Notes under the pieces: model-generated
The model's input: only the letters and a program-made list of their open reading frames with translations
Told to the model about the DNA's origin: nothing
The model's database searches: none
Position numbers and translations under genes: made by a program
Source: Oculina patagonica
Taxonomy: Eukaryota
Direction of reading: 5' to 3'
Length of the DNA stretch: 64,000 nt
Assembly: GCF_052425735.1 (NCBI RefSeq)
Contig: NC_135760.1
Span: forward strand, 29,884,001-29,948,000
Shown: positions 34,001 through 48,600 of the stretch, piece after piece
Numbering within the stretch: position 1 is the first letter of the stretch
Layout: each line of letters starts with the position of its first letter

Positions 34001-35672
34001 AACTTGCCAAAATTTCAATTTTTCCTTAATGAATACAGACCTTCCACTTGCCCAGCTGCATTCAACTACAACATTTCAACAGGGATTAGTCAAAGAAAGT
34101 CTGGGGAAATTTGTGGAGAATGAAATTTTTTGTTTACTCCACAGTTTTCCATCAAAATGTTCCCGACAACAAAGCCTGTAGGATTAATTTGGCCTATAGT
34201 GCCTAAATTAGAAGATAATAATTTTCCCAGTTTAGCTATAAGGAGGCAGGAAAGTAAACAATGTTTTTGAAATACCTGAAAACCAGAAACAAGATTTGGT
34301 TCAGGAGTTTTTTTAATGCAGCTTAAATGAGAAAAATTTTCCTTCCACAGTTTCTTTCTTCAATTGTTCAACTTGTATTTCCATTGGCAAATAAATGTTT
34401 CATTCATATAACATGCAATGTGATGAATAGTGAAATTAATATAGTTTCACCAAGTGACATTTCTTTTCATTTCTGATTTCTTCATAATCATTGCCTCAAA
34501 ATTATCTCACCAATCCTGATTCAATTAAATTTAATGAAGGTGTGTTTATTTCCAACAGGGTATGCTAATGAATTTGGTGAGGCATTTCGTACCCACATCC
34601 CTCGGTTGATGTACTTAGGTAGTTATGGGGTTGCCTCAACATACTGCCTGGCAGACTCCATCGACAAAGGGAAGCGCTGCTACCAGGAAAGTAGCCATTT
34701 GTCAAGTTATCTTCAGAAACGGAAAGCTGTTGAAACCATGGTAGAGGCAGCTGTCTGGCAGGGGCTGGCGTCAGTGATTATCCCAGGCTTCACAATCAAC
34801 AGGATTTGTGCTGCATCCAGGTTCACGCTCAAGAGATGTGCAAGAACAATGCCTCCTCATGCTCAGATGTGGGTGACAACACTTGTGGGATTGAGTGCAA
34901 TACCTGTTATTATCAAACCCATTGATAGGTATGTGACATCAAATAAGTGAATTTTATTATGGTGACAATAGAAAATATGTTACTCAGTCTCTTAGTACTA
35001 AAATTGGGCTCAAACCCAGACCTCTTAATCATTATCCACTGCAAATAAGATACTGGTACTCAATGTGACAGTCACATGATAAATACATGTAAATAAAATA
35101 ATAAATAAATGCAGTAGCATATCCACTGAGTGGCTCTTAATACAATGTTTTCAAATCCAAATTGGAAATTACAAGTGTTGGTTTTTGTGGTGGTAGGAAA
35201 ACCATAGAACCAGGAGGAAAAACCCACGGAGCAAGGACAAGAACTAACAACAAGCTCAAAAATTAATGATGATGTCTGGGTTTTGACCCGAGCCCAGGCC
35301 ACATTGGTGGGGGTGATCGCTTTCACCACTGCTCCATCCCAGCACCAACATAACACTACTGATTTATTATTACAAGTTTTCAAAAAGAATTATTTTCAGT
35401 TTTCTTGACAGTATGTTGTACCAATGTATGGAGCAGTATGTCGTATGCTGTTGAGTCTGTGTAGGGTAACTGGAATAATGTGGGGTTGACATACTGTAAG
35501 TCACTTTTTATTTTTTTGTTTTAAAAATAAGCAAGAACTACGTTATTATTTTTTCTCACAAATTTTCTTTTTTTCTTTTCTTAGATTGGTTGATAACATG
35601 ATGGATGGGATGATTCACATTTCAAGGCATCTTGGCATCTCTCATCAACTTGATCACAGCCACAAGAAATAG
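31092..35672 (+). CDS. MTFP1: Mitochondrial fission process protein 1 (MTP18), 182 aa; exons 31092-31182, 34559-34928, 35585-35672
   Basis: DVFRDTALRYLG|YANEFGEAFR, SYGVASTYCLADSIDKG, WQGLASVIIPGFTINR, GLSAIPVIIKPIDR|LVD. GT-AG introns; 549 nt in frame. Confidence 0.95.
35150..35344 (-). mobile_element. Degenerate tRNA-derived SINE in MTFP1 intron 2
   Basis: Minus strand begins gctgggatggagcagtggtgaaagcg (A-box-like), with a body containing tcttgtccttgctccgtgggtttttc. Confidence 0.55.
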
Positions 35673-36077
35673 AAATTAAAACAAACTTGATAAAACTAAC
35701 ACATTGGACAGAACAATATTTCATGTACAATCTGTAGCTTGTGTTGTTTCCTTCGTCTGGCCTTGCCGTGTTTTCTGTTTTAAACCTGCGGGGCAGGTTT
35801 TCCTAGATAAGTTGATGAAACCACATTGTATAATAGTACACAGATGTACAGTGATTGTAAAATAGTTATACATTTGTACAGACGATGTTTTATCAAAGTA
35901 AATAAAAAGTCAATTTGGTTTTCCAAGGTTTCTGTGATGAGTATGGTATAGTAGCACAAAGTTTTGTTTTCAAACTGTCATAATTGAGAAGCAGCTTTTT
36001 GTGCCTGTGGTTTGTGTAAAAAATTAGGGGAAAAAAGCTTCCTTTGTCTGCCACCATAGTTTAATGCATGCAAGATT

Positions 36078-36747
36078 AATTGCAGTTTTCAGTGATATGT
36101 GAACTCTGAAATTCAAAACCAACTAACGAATTTATTACGTTTTTTTGCTGCTGTCCATCATAATTATGGCGACAGCCAACGAACCATGAAAAACAGAAAC
36201 AAACAAGATGGATCAAGTTACCAATCACAACTGACAGAGGCCCGGGGGAGGGGGGGGGTGTTCGGGATTTCAAGTGATGGGGATGATCAAATGGGGGCAA
36301 AAATCAAGACCCTAAAAAATCCCTAGGACTTCCCAACAGAACCCCAAAAATCCCTTACCAAAAATAATAAACCCCATATAAATCAACAGCGAAACACGCT
36401 TGTTTGTACTTTATTCGTAGAACTATGCAGCCAAGGCACTACCACAAATCTTTAGATTGTTTGTAATGCCCCAAAAAATTCCTACTTAAATAAAAAATAC
36501 TGACTTGCCAAATTTTCCTACCCAAAAAAATCCCAGAGACGAAAATTTCAAACCAAAAAAAAATCCTGCGACCATCCCCGTCACTTGAAATCCCGAGTAC
36601 CCCCCTGGGGCAGAGGTGCCTTTTGACCTGATTGAAATAAACTTCTGTATCTTGAGAGGTCTGCTAAGATGATTGACGGCAGCAAAAAGCGCAAATTGTT
36701 GGTTGAAGATTGAATATCAGAGTTCGCATATCACTGAAAATCGCAAT
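36078..36747. mobile_element. Old MITE with a nested younger CCC..GGG MITE (~36241-36609)
   Basis: Diverged inverted ends 36078-36155 / 36675-36747; the inner element matches the 4440-4830 family and has cagagg on both sides. Confidence 0.55.
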
Positions 36748-37323
36748 GAGGAAAAAAAAACACTTTTCATATTTACACAAGTGATATTTGAAAGAAAAGG
36801 AAATGCCATGGAAATAGTCACGTGTTTTATTAACTATGGAAACAAGAAAACAAATCAGATGTTTTTGTTCATGAAATAGATGCGCAAAATAATTTGTTTC
36901 CCCAGCTAGTTACACAAAGGTAAATGGCTGTTGACTGATCATTGCATACATTATTATCATATTTTCCTTGTTATCCATTGGCTTGACAATGGATGGTATT
37001 CATATTATAGCAGGTATAGATTTATAACAATACTTGCTGGTGGTCTATTATAGGTCAGTTAGTAGCTAGAGAGAGCACTAGCAACAGCATGGCAAGGGAC
37101 CCTTACCGAACCCTCAGATCTTTTTCTGGGTTAAGGTGCTTCACAACTTTACAATAACTTTACAATGTCAAAGATCATTCTAAACCATTTATGAGTTACC
37201 GGTAAACATCACTATGTCCAGTGGCAAACACACATGGTAATAGAACCTACAAGGGGAGCCTGGGGAAGGGTGAAGGTGCAGCCCTATCTTGCTCAAAAGG
37301 GAGGGAAGGAGAGGGGGGAAAAA

Positions 37324-37354
<31 letters not shown>

Positions 37355-39190
37355 AGGTGGCGGAGGGAGCGGAAGAAAAAATTTTTTCTTCTTTTTTTTC
37401 GTGTCAAGTTCTCTCTCTGTTTCCACCCGCCCTCTATGGGGAGAAAAAAAAAAAAAAAAGGAAGGGAAAAGACAGTCACTGCCCTAGATCTGTCACTGCA
37501 TTATTTTGTACCTAGAGCTGCCTGTCCCTGTTTGCTCGCATTCCCTAAATTTCATGAGTAAATGGTGGTTCTGGGGACACATGATTTGAATGGCTAGATG
37601 TTAACAAGGATAATTTAAAATCTAGCCAAGCAAAATCGACCATGTGATAAGGGAATTTAAAACTGAATTGTTTTAGTACGATTCTCAGTTTCAAGATGAA
37701 TGCAATCCATCACAAATAAAACTGATATAGGCTGGGCAAAACAAAAAATGACAATTATAAAATTCTCCTTTATTTCTGCTTTATTTCTCCTTCAGAATGA
37801 TTGACACAAATGTAGAGTTACAAATCAATGACAAGGAATTGCTTGCTATCTTTATAAACGTAATCATCTTATAGAGAATACCTTGTACTAGACTCGATAG
37901 GTTTAATTTGCAAATTCTCAAAATATAAATATTAAGTAGAATTGGGAAGGCACGGTTAAAATATTTTGCTTGGTATCTATACAGGGTTACTCAGATTCGA
38001 CATAATAAATGTTTTTTATTGTCAGGGCCATCAAGTAATTTACATAACACCCCCTCCCTCCCTCCCTCCCCTTATAATAATTATTTAGTTTTATAACATA
38101 ATGTATGACTGGACTTTACCTGTTACCTAATCTCTATTTCAGATGACTTCAGATCTTTTGGGAATTTGAAAGCATTAAAAGCAGAATAGATCTGAGACAT
38201 TGATATATCTGCCAACTTCTCTCAAGTCAAAGGCATCCTGGGAATGCCAGGATTTTCAAGCATGGCCCGTCGATATCCAAAGACGTTCAAAGATTTCAAA
38301 GGACATTTCGAAAGATTTCTGAGCACACCCTGCTTAGAACCTAAATTTCCAGATCCCAAAATTATCCCAGAATGGATTTTTTCAAACACAACTGTCAAAT
38401 TTTCTTTGTCAATAAAGCGCCTAGAGCAGGCCTGGATAAGCCCTATCTAAATATTTTTATTATAATTAACATCATCCTGAGTACTTTTTCCGTTCTAAAA
38501 TTGGGGATTTTGCAGAAAGTACCATCATTTACATGTACTTTTTCTTTCTTGCATTGTTTGGAGTTAATATATCTTTAGAAAATGTCACTGCTATGGCTTT
38601 AATATTTTATTTTTTCAGCTAGCATGAGAAATTCACCCTTTGCATGACCTGGCACAAGATCAAAGTTTTCAACACCACAGGCATGAGAGTTGGCAGGTAT
38701 ACACTGTCATGACATAAGTTTCTTTGTCAAGTTACAAATTACATGATAATAATTCAAATCCACCAATTTGGTCTTCTATACTGTCTAGAATCAGAATGTT
38801 TTCTTGATCAATGAGAAGAATCTGACAATAAATAATACTTAAATCAGTGATATAGCCCTTTCAAATTTTCCAAGATATTTTACTTCGGTAGACTCAAACC
38901 TCTTCAAGAAAAAAAAATGGTACCACAAAATAATCACAACAGACCACTTAAAAAGAGGCTATAGTTGTGTCATGCTGCAGATGGCAAATATTCCTGCCTA
39001 CGTTTAACAACGAAGTCTATATACCCCTACAAACTCAAAATGACAATCAAACACTGATTCACATGAACCCATGAAAGTTGAGATACATCTGCTTCATACA
39101 AATATGTTGGCTTTACAGCAATCAAGTATAAAATAGTAAACACTCTGTTTTTCAAGCAATTCAGATGTTTCATTCACTTCAAGGAACAGC

Positions 39191-39255
39191 TAGCCTCCCA
39201 CGCAGTCGTTCTTTTGAAACACGATCTCCCCTAAGAACGACTGCGTGGGAGGCTA
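39191..39255. mobile_element. 65-bp hairpin mini-element with a 9-bp TSD, ~240 nt downstream of the TMEM120 stop
   Basis: AGGAACAGC|tagcctcccacgcagtcgttctt..aagaacgactgcgtgggaggcta|AGGAACAGC. Confidence 0.8.
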
Positions 39256-39494
39256 AGGAACAGCTGAATGTGATTTAAAATATTTCCAGTCCCCGGTTGT
39301 TCAAAGGATGGATAATGCTATCCACCAGATAGCGCACTACCCAACTGATAGTATAGTTTGTTTTAGCCACACTTATCTACTGGATAGTGATTAATAGAAA
39401 GTGTTATCTACCCTATGAACAACTGAGCCCAGAAATTTTGAACAGGATCATAAACTTGTTCCACCTCTCTCAGTTCAGAAATTAGAAAAGTTGC

Positions 39495-42400
39495 CTAACC
39501 ACAAGGCATTTGTGGAACTGCCACTGTCTTGCTAACTTTCTGCCTCAAGACCAACAACAGTGTAGTCATGTTCCCAGCAAACAGTGTAAAAAACACAACA
39601 CTCAGAGCCAGCACCTGCAGATTAAGCAAATCGAAATACAAATTAGAGCGAGAAATGCAAAGTATTAAGCTCGATATCCTGCAATAAAGCCATAATATTA
39701 TTTATAAAAAAAATCATTGCAGGTGCCACTTCTTCAACAACTTAAGCAATGTCCAGCAATCTCAATGGCTAATTATTTGCCCAATTTTTTTATACATCCC
39801 ACATAAATGTTCAGTCTACATATGTACACCTTCCACATCAAGCGTGCATGTACACTGCAGTTGTACTGCAAGTTATGATTTTGTGTAACTCTCATTGTAA
39901 AAATACACTCTGATGATTAAAGACACTGGGTACTTTCCATTTTCAAAGTGCGACCAGTCGGACCAGCAGGAACTGACCATTGCAAAATGGTGCAACATTT
40001 AATGCTTAATTTGGGCCAACCGGGTGGAATGGTCCTTTCCATTTTGCATTCCTTTCCCCAGTTCCCCGCATCTGTGAGAAGCTACTGAATTAAAGTAAGA
40101 CAACTGAACAGTTTGTCAAAATAGAATGGTAAATTTCAGTTTGACAAGTTTGACAGGTCAAAGTGGAATATTCCAGTCGGACCAAAACCAAAACAGACCT
40201 TTTGATTATTTTGATTTCCGTCCAAAATTTCAAAAAATATTTGGCTTTATGGAAAGTATCCACAATTTTAAAGATTTTCCATATAATTTTACAGTAATTT
40301 ATGGCAGTTTAATTATTCTCATCAAATGCAGAATGATTCATAAAAATAAATATTCCAAAAAGAAAACAAATCAATATGGTACAAATATAAGAAAACTTTA
40401 CAAAACTATAACAAGGATGGTTAGTACTGGAGAAGATTAAAAAGGATTATCCTGAACACAACAAATCTTTTGGCTTTTAATAATGTAACATCATATTATC
40501 CTTATTCAGCCACAATGTAAAATTAATTACCTGCCACTCAATGCATTCAGGGTGGAGGGACAGTCGGTATAATGTGTAAGCATTGTACAACTGGAACAGC
40601 TGTGGAAGAAATAAACATAGCAAACTCAATAGCTGCTGGGTAGTTCTCCACATGTGATGCAAAAAACAAACAAAACAAACTTCCCTCCCTAGAAAGCAAA
40701 TTATGCTCCACTTCAAAACGTCCTCTTGGGGTACCCCAAAGATATACTTAGTGGTATAGGTATTGCAATTGGAATTAAGGCAAAAGGCAGACTGCAAATT
40801 ACTTGCATGTCAGCTGCCGTGATGGTGCAAGCTCTGACAACATTAAATAAGCTACGTGTTATACAATGTACTTAGAATACTTACATATCCCACAATGAGA
40901 AATGGAATGATAAACCCTAGTCCTCTCCACATCCATGAGTGAAAACCCTCTGCAAGCAATTACATATTAACTGACTGACATTTTGTGACAACCAAAACCT
41001 TACTTATACATTACAAGTATTCAATTATAGAAATTATTGCAAGGAAAGCATTTTTCAATTTTGTGTTAGGTAATTTTTTTTAAACCAAGTCACTAATATA
41101 AATTCAATGTTCACAATTTCATTATTGAAATCTGATTCATTATTAAAATGCAGTCAAAAAAGTTTAACAAGTTACGAGTACATTGATCAGTAAATGCATG
41201 CAAGCACATTCAGCTATAGGTACTGGATACAGAGGCTTGAGGCCTCACTGTTAATCTCCATTTTTTACAAAGTTTGGATACGCCTTGGCATAGATATTCC
41301 AAATTTCCAACTTTGGTAAACAGTAATTACTTTATGGGCTGACTTAACTGATCAATACATTTTAATATCAGTAAAAAGTTTGAGCCCAGGAGTATCTATT
41401 AAGGTTTGTATAGCGTGATTGTCCAGTTGAGGAAGTTCTCAAAAGAACTGTTGTTTATGATTTCAGCCATTAATTTTGACAACATTAAAGGGGCTCTGTC
41501 ACGCACTTTTAAGCAATTTTGGCACTGACCAACTGGTCATAGAATTAACTGAAATATCACAATAACGGCTTTAAAAACTGTAGAAAAACTCAAAAGAAAC
41601 ACAGAAAGGCCAAAAAGGGGCATCGATGGGCAAATTTAGAGAAGATTAAAACAGATTGCGTTTGGGGAAAACTTGGGGAAAACCTTTTTCGAGATAATCT
41701 CAATTTGTATGAAAGTGTCACGTACAATGCCAAAAAATCATCCTTGTTTGTTATGTAGCTGTGATTTAGCCAATAAAAGACTTTTGCTCTGCCAATTTGA
41801 AGTTTAGAGCTCTTAATTAATGAAAATAAACAGACTGAATTACCTAAAATACCGTGACATAGCCCCTTTAACATGAGTGGAAGTCATTTTCAGTGTCAAG
41901 TGAAACTACCGGTAGGTTGTTGTTGGTTGATGATGTTGTAAGTCTGGTTCTTTAAAACTGATTGGTCAGTTTGCAAGACCCACAGCAGATGAACTACTAA
42001 CACATTAATGCATTAACAACATAGTACTGACCTCGAGTGACATCCATGCTAGTACTGATACCAAGTGCTCTCAAACGATAAAGAGCTCCAGTCTGGTATC
42101 TAAACTGTAGCAGATGAACAAAACCTGAATACAACAAAATGGTACAAAGTATGTTCCTGTCAGTGATGGCCTTTATATTGTGGAATGATGAACAATCTGT
42201 ATTTAACTACAGTCAAAGCTTTTCAATTTGCAGCTGCAGGCACAAGATACAGAGGCTTGAGGCTTCAGTGGCAATCTCCAATTTTCTAAAATGGTACAAA
42301 GTATGTACCTGTGGTTTTTATCATAATAGTCACTTTTTGTATTTGTTTTATTTTTACAAGTTTCAGTTTTTGTGTTTTTTTGAGGCATTTTTTTAGGCTT

Positions 42401-42555
42401 TGTAATATTTTATATATATTTAGATAGAGCTATCATATTTTTACTATTTTTTTTATTAGCACATACATATTTTGAATGAGCTTTCAGCTCATTAGACATT
42501 ACGTGGATGAATATTTATTATATTGATTGATGAATATTTATTCATCAATCAATCA

Positions 42556-42610
<55 letters not shown>

Positions 42611-45600
42611 AATATAGACAAAAAGAAAGAGATCCATGATAAGTGGAAACCCACTTAATGCAGTGAATTTGGTTGGGTTTCTTTGTCTGCAGGCCTGCTT
42701 GTTTGCAAAAAAATTCATGGGCGGGCACTATCTATCCGGGCATTTTTTCTCAAACAGGCATTTTGGGCTGATAGTGCCCTCTGCAGATGAACACTATCGC
42801 ATCATGTGATCAATTTAAACCAATCAGAGTCGGAGAAAATTTAGTTGTGAACTATTAGGGCTCATAGTGCCCCCTGCGGATGAACACTATCGCATCACAT
42901 GATCGTTGTAAACCAATCAGAATCTGAGAAAATTTAGTGGTGAGTTAAAACAATAAATAGTTAAGCATTCCATGCATATCCCATCATAGACTCAAATTAG
43001 TTGTCTTCTGGTAAGCAAATAAATAAACAGTTCCTGCTTTAAACAGGGTCAAGGTTTGACACCCTGACAGTCCTATTGGTGTCACTCGTCTCAGGTTTCT
43101 GTTTATTACCAGCATGCAAAGAAAGTAACCTGGGGCTAGTGAATTATATCCATCAGTTGTTCGATGGGCATGTAAGGTGTTTGGACTTTTTTGTTGGTAG
43201 CTGAAGGAGGCTATTAAGAAATGCCTTCAGGCTAGCACGTGCTTCCAACTTGTCTGAAGGCAACCTGGAAAATTATTTTCTTTACACACTGAGGACCCCC
43301 TCAGCTACATTAAGTACTTACTTAGATATAGAGAAAAATAAAAGAACTGTCCTCTAAATATCTGATACACTCTTCCTTCTGGCCTGAAAAGAAATAAAAA
43401 TACCGTTAGGCAGGACTGTTCAAAAAATAAGACAAAGTTTCAGCAGCATAAAGTGACTAAGAGTATAGTCCATAGCAGGTTATCCCCCTTCAAGTAAATT
43501 TCCCTAAAAAAAATCAGTCCCAACTTAATACACTAATGCATGCAGACACTGGTATTGTGAGTTCACAACACAACCTGTGTCCAGGTTCAAACTTGAACTG
43601 CTCAACCATGAGTCAAATGACAACCTGTAGTTCCTAATCGTTCATGTTAAGATCTGTCCATCCCAGCTACCTTGTAACTGACTGTTGATTTGTTTTTCAA
43701 ATTTTGAGATTAAAAAAACCTCAAACCTCCAAGAGAAACAACATTTAGCTAGAGAAATTGCAGTATTCAACTTGGTAAAGCAAATCCAAGGCAAAGACTT
43801 TTGAGTTATTGGCAGGCTAAAGAAATGAAGGGTTCCAGGAATTAGAATTCCACTGTCTTGGTTTAAAACTAGCCACATTAGTTTGAATGTGGCTAAATGT
43901 TATTTTGGCTAAGCAAAAATCAAGCCAATGCTAGTCAGCAGTGATTTGGAACAATGAGTGGCAAAGTGACATACAGGGTTTCTGCAGTTTGCTCCCTTGC
44001 CCTCCCTCCCTCAGGTGGATATGGTAAGTATAGCAGTTGGTAAGCATCTCCACTGAACTTTTCAGTGTGATGGTGCCTGGTGGTGGTTGCCACTCTCAGG
44101 GTTGCCATGGATACCTGTGTGCCATTGCTCAAGGCTCGTAGTTCACCTGGAACCACCACCCACTTGCATAGGAACCTTCTCAAAGTGCATCTATTGGCGA
44201 TGACTTAAAAACATTGTGCCATACTAGATGGTATTTATTCATTTGACAATCAACTCTTTCGAGCATAATATAATTGTCATAATTCAGGATTTAAGAATTA
44301 TTTGGGAAGTATGAAAGAAATTCAGAAAGAGAGAAAACTTACCAAATTAGAAGCAATCCTGATAAAAGGATGGACAGATAGTGATGAGTCACCCACCAGC
44401 CCTTAATCCTATGTTAAAAAATAAATTAAAATAATTTGGTAAAATACTTAAAACATTTTTTTTTTGGCTTCTATTTTTTCTAACTAAAGAAAGTTCCCAA
44501 AACGGCAACCTGACACTAGTGTATAAAGAACATAATACATGTGCAAAATGATCTGATTCATACCGTGAGCCATTGGCAATCAAAATATGTTCCTGAAGGG
44601 TTAGCGTACTGTAGTACCACAATAACATGGCATGAAACAGGGCATCGGCTATCCTGGAAACAAAAATAACTTTAGCCATCATTATCCAACCTCACTCTTT
44701 TATAACCCTTTAGGCCTTAATAACTACATACAAATTCTCCTGACTGATCTCTATACAATTTCTTATGGTATTAGTTGGGAGAATTTGTTAAAAGATCAAG
44801 CAATTTCACTTTGGTGATCATTTTATTAATTCTCATAACCTTTTCTCTCATTGAAATATTGATACTGTGGGGAAAAATTTAATGTTGGTCACTTTAAGGA
44901 GTTAAAGGGTTAAGGTGGCCTGATCCTATTTATTTACGTGATGGTTGCATTTTTGAATCGCGCTTTTTGGCAGAAAAGATTTCACCGATTTCTTCGAATT
45001 TTTGCGTCCTGAATGAAAAGTGTTCGAATTTACAGAATATGGCATTCGTTTTTCAGTCGGAATAAAGTCTTTTGAGATTTGAACATATTTTCAAAATCTA
45101 GTTTTTACCAAAAATGTCCATAATTTTAAAACCCGATGACAGATTTCTCCCAAACTTTAGCAAATAAGCCTCAGAGCTCTCTAGTTTTGTATCAGGAAGT
45201 TTCATGACAATCCTGACCATGCAACTCGCTGCACAAAATGCTTGTCAAATTGTATTTAAAAATGCTTCGCTTATGCATTCATGTCAACTGACGCACAAAT
45301 AGCGGAACAGTGTAGCCAAACTATCGGTCATCTGAAGGTATTATGCTACCCAAAACCTTATCAAAATGAAAGTGAGTAATCAGAAACCTACAGCAAATAC
45401 TGACAGCGCAACAAGACGGACAATTTTATGACTTGTGCAAGGTAAAATTAAATATTTTATATTCATCTCACCTATCACGTATTCGTTCACTTATTTTCGA
45501 AAAAAATCTTAGGATAGCAAAAATGAACATTTAAGAAAAACCCTTACCAGTTCTCGTCACAGTAGGTTACCATTCTGAGGAGAAATAAAACCGCCAAGTT

Positions 45601-48600
45601 GAGTACTTCCCACCATCCGCTTTTCGACTGCAATGAAAACCCTGTGCCTGATAATATATTCAAGATGACTGACTTTGTTTTCGCATTCCTTACGGCCAGT
45701 TTGCCACTTGGAGATAACAAGTCTTGTGAAACATTAAAACATCATTATTAATAAGAAAACCAATTTTTATATTTGAACACTTGCTATACTCAAGTGGCTA
45801 ACTGCCCGTGAGGAATTCGAAAACAAAGTCAGCTATCTTGAATATATTACTGAGGCTTCTCGATGCAGTCGAAAAGCGGATAGTTGGAGGTACTGAACTT
45901 GGCGGCTTTATTTCTCCTCAGAATGGGAACCCACTGTGATGAAAACTGGTAAGGGGTTTTCGTAGACGTTCTTTTTTGCCATGCTGAGATTTTTTCCGAA
46001 AATAAACGAACAAATACGTGATAGGTAAGATAAATGTAAAATATTTTATTTTACCTTGCATGGGTCATAAAATTGTGCTTCTTGTTGCGCTGCTTATGTT
46101 TGCTGTAGGTTTCTGATTCCTCGCTTTCTTTTTGATAAGGTTTTGGGGATCATAATCCTTGCAGATGACAGATAGTCAGGCTGCACTGTCCCGCTGTTTG
46201 TGCATCAGTTGACATAATGCATTGGCCAAGCATTTTTAGATAAAATTTGACAAGCATTTTGTGCAGCGAGTTGCATGGTCAAGATTGTCATGAAACTCCC
46301 TGATACAAAACTAGAGAGCTCTGAGGCATATTTGCTAAAGTTTGGGAGGAATCTGTCGTCGGGTTTTAAAATTATGGACATTTTTGGTAAAAACTAGGTT
46401 TTGAAAATATGTTCAAATCTCAAAAGATTTTATTCTGACTGAAAAACGAATGCCATATTCTGTAAATTCGAACATTTTTCATTCAGGACGCAAAAATTCG
46501 AAGAAATCGGTGAAATCCTTCCTGCCAAAAAGCGCGAATTCAAAAATGCAACCATCACGTAAATAAATAGGTTCGAGCCACCTTAAGCTAGATTGTAAAA
46601 ACCCATCCAGCGGAGAACCCGTAGTCTATTCACACTACTGAAACCAGTCTTAGAGTAAAGTGCTGCACTAAAGAGTCAACTGAAAAATGAAACCAAAAAA
46701 TTATGGAAGACAAATGAACCATGTCCAGAACAAAATATCCTTGAAGCATTTTGCTAGAATTCACAGGACATCCATGAGATCACAGGCACCCCACCAGATT
46801 TGAAACATTTTCCCTTATCAAATGCACTAAATAAATATTATTCATATAATAATAAAACTGTTATAATAAAAAAAGTATTGCTTGGAGATCACAGGCTAGC
46901 TGTTTACCTGTAGTTGAAGATGTACAAGTTTAAGATGGTAAAAACCATGCTAAGCACTTGCATCTTGAACTTAAACTTCTCATAATCATTTTTATATTCC
47001 ATCCTGAAAATTAATTACAACTGTCACTAATGATTTACAAGAGATTAATATCAAACCCAAAACAAATGTTTTACTATTATTTTAATAATAAATTATAATT
47101 TTTAGATTACCATATTTATTCGATTAAGCGCCCTGGGCGCTTATTAAATTTTTGGAGTTAGGGAGTGGGCGCTTATTCAAGGCTGGGCGCTTATAAATAT
47201 AATTTTCAACCATTCTCAGCACGTAGCAACTTAATTTTGCAACAAAACAACAAATAATAACAACCTTGATTACGAACTAAAGCAGAATTTTAACTATTCA
47301 CTGAAGCTTTCTGTAAAATACTAACAAAACTCGGTCTTCGGGGAAGTCTGTTGGTAATACTAAGTCTATTTCAATCTCATTGATACTCCTCTTGTGGACT
47401 TAAGTTTCTTGGGGGAGGTGGGTGGGCGCTTATTCAAGGCTGGGTGCTTATTAACTTTTTCTACCTTCGGGGTGGGCGCTTATTTGAGGTGGGCGCTTAT
47501 TCAAGGTTGGGCGCTTAATCGAATAAATATGGTACTCTAGACAAATACATGTACAGTATATACAGCAAGCCACACAAGTCTCTTAGTAGGCACTGACTTG
47601 GTATAATGTAATCTTGTATGAGTAATGTTGCTAGTACATGTAGCTCAATACTGCTAGTAGCTCAATATTAAATAGGGGAGGGGAGGGGGAAGAACAAAAC
47701 TTTGGTCTGTGGTTGTGAATAATGACAAACAGGTTTAAAGAGATACTGTATTTTTTCGATTAAATGCCCCGGCATTTATTTCAAACTTAGCCTGGTGGAC
47801 CCGGCATTTATTTGACTCCTGCAGTTTATTCGAGACCGGTTTGCATTAACCAATGGTTTTTATTCATTATTTTTGGCAAACATCTGTCTTGCTAATATAC
47901 CTCCAGCTTATTATACCGGTACCTCACATAAGTAGCTGAGGGGACTACTTTCAACTTCACCTTCAGTTGGAGACCCGGTGTTTAGGTACCCGGCGTTTAA
48001 TCAAGAAAATACAGTAGAAAGAAAGTGAGAGTCATGTTGTGTATATTAATTCATACTGATCAATCATGTTACTTTCAATGCCATAAGTCACAATAGAATT
48101 CTACAGAATCACTTACTTTGAATTATACAGTGAGACATTAATATTCCCTAAGCACAACTTGAGAAATAACCTGTAAAGACAAAATGAAGGAAAGGCTATT
48201 TACTTTTTCAAAGAATATTACTTTGTTGTTAATTCTGATTGGTCACAGCCTTCAATAAAGTGGCTTTCTAATGATTGTCATAAAACCAAATCCAAAGTAA
48301 ATACACCTGGCCAATCATAGCAGAAACAAATAACACAATAAAGAAATCATGACTTGAAGCAAAAACATGCAAATGCACATAAGCCTAGTAAGGATTAGTT
48401 TCCAATACAGTAAAAACACGTGAGTAAGAACTTAATTTTTCCAGGTTAGCCTAAACAGGTTCTAACATAAATGGTAGTTAACACAAACTAAGGTTGTTAA
48501 TAGGTTCTTATTTTCTGAAGAAAAATTCACATTGTTGCTAATAGAACTTTTAGTGGTATTCGCCCTATTCCTTGTATAAAATTTGCACACCACATACATG

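Noticed and set aside
37189-37561. Gly/Pro/Lys-rich ORFs
   Set aside because: Produced by long G, A and T homopolymers, probably low-quality sequence in a repeat.
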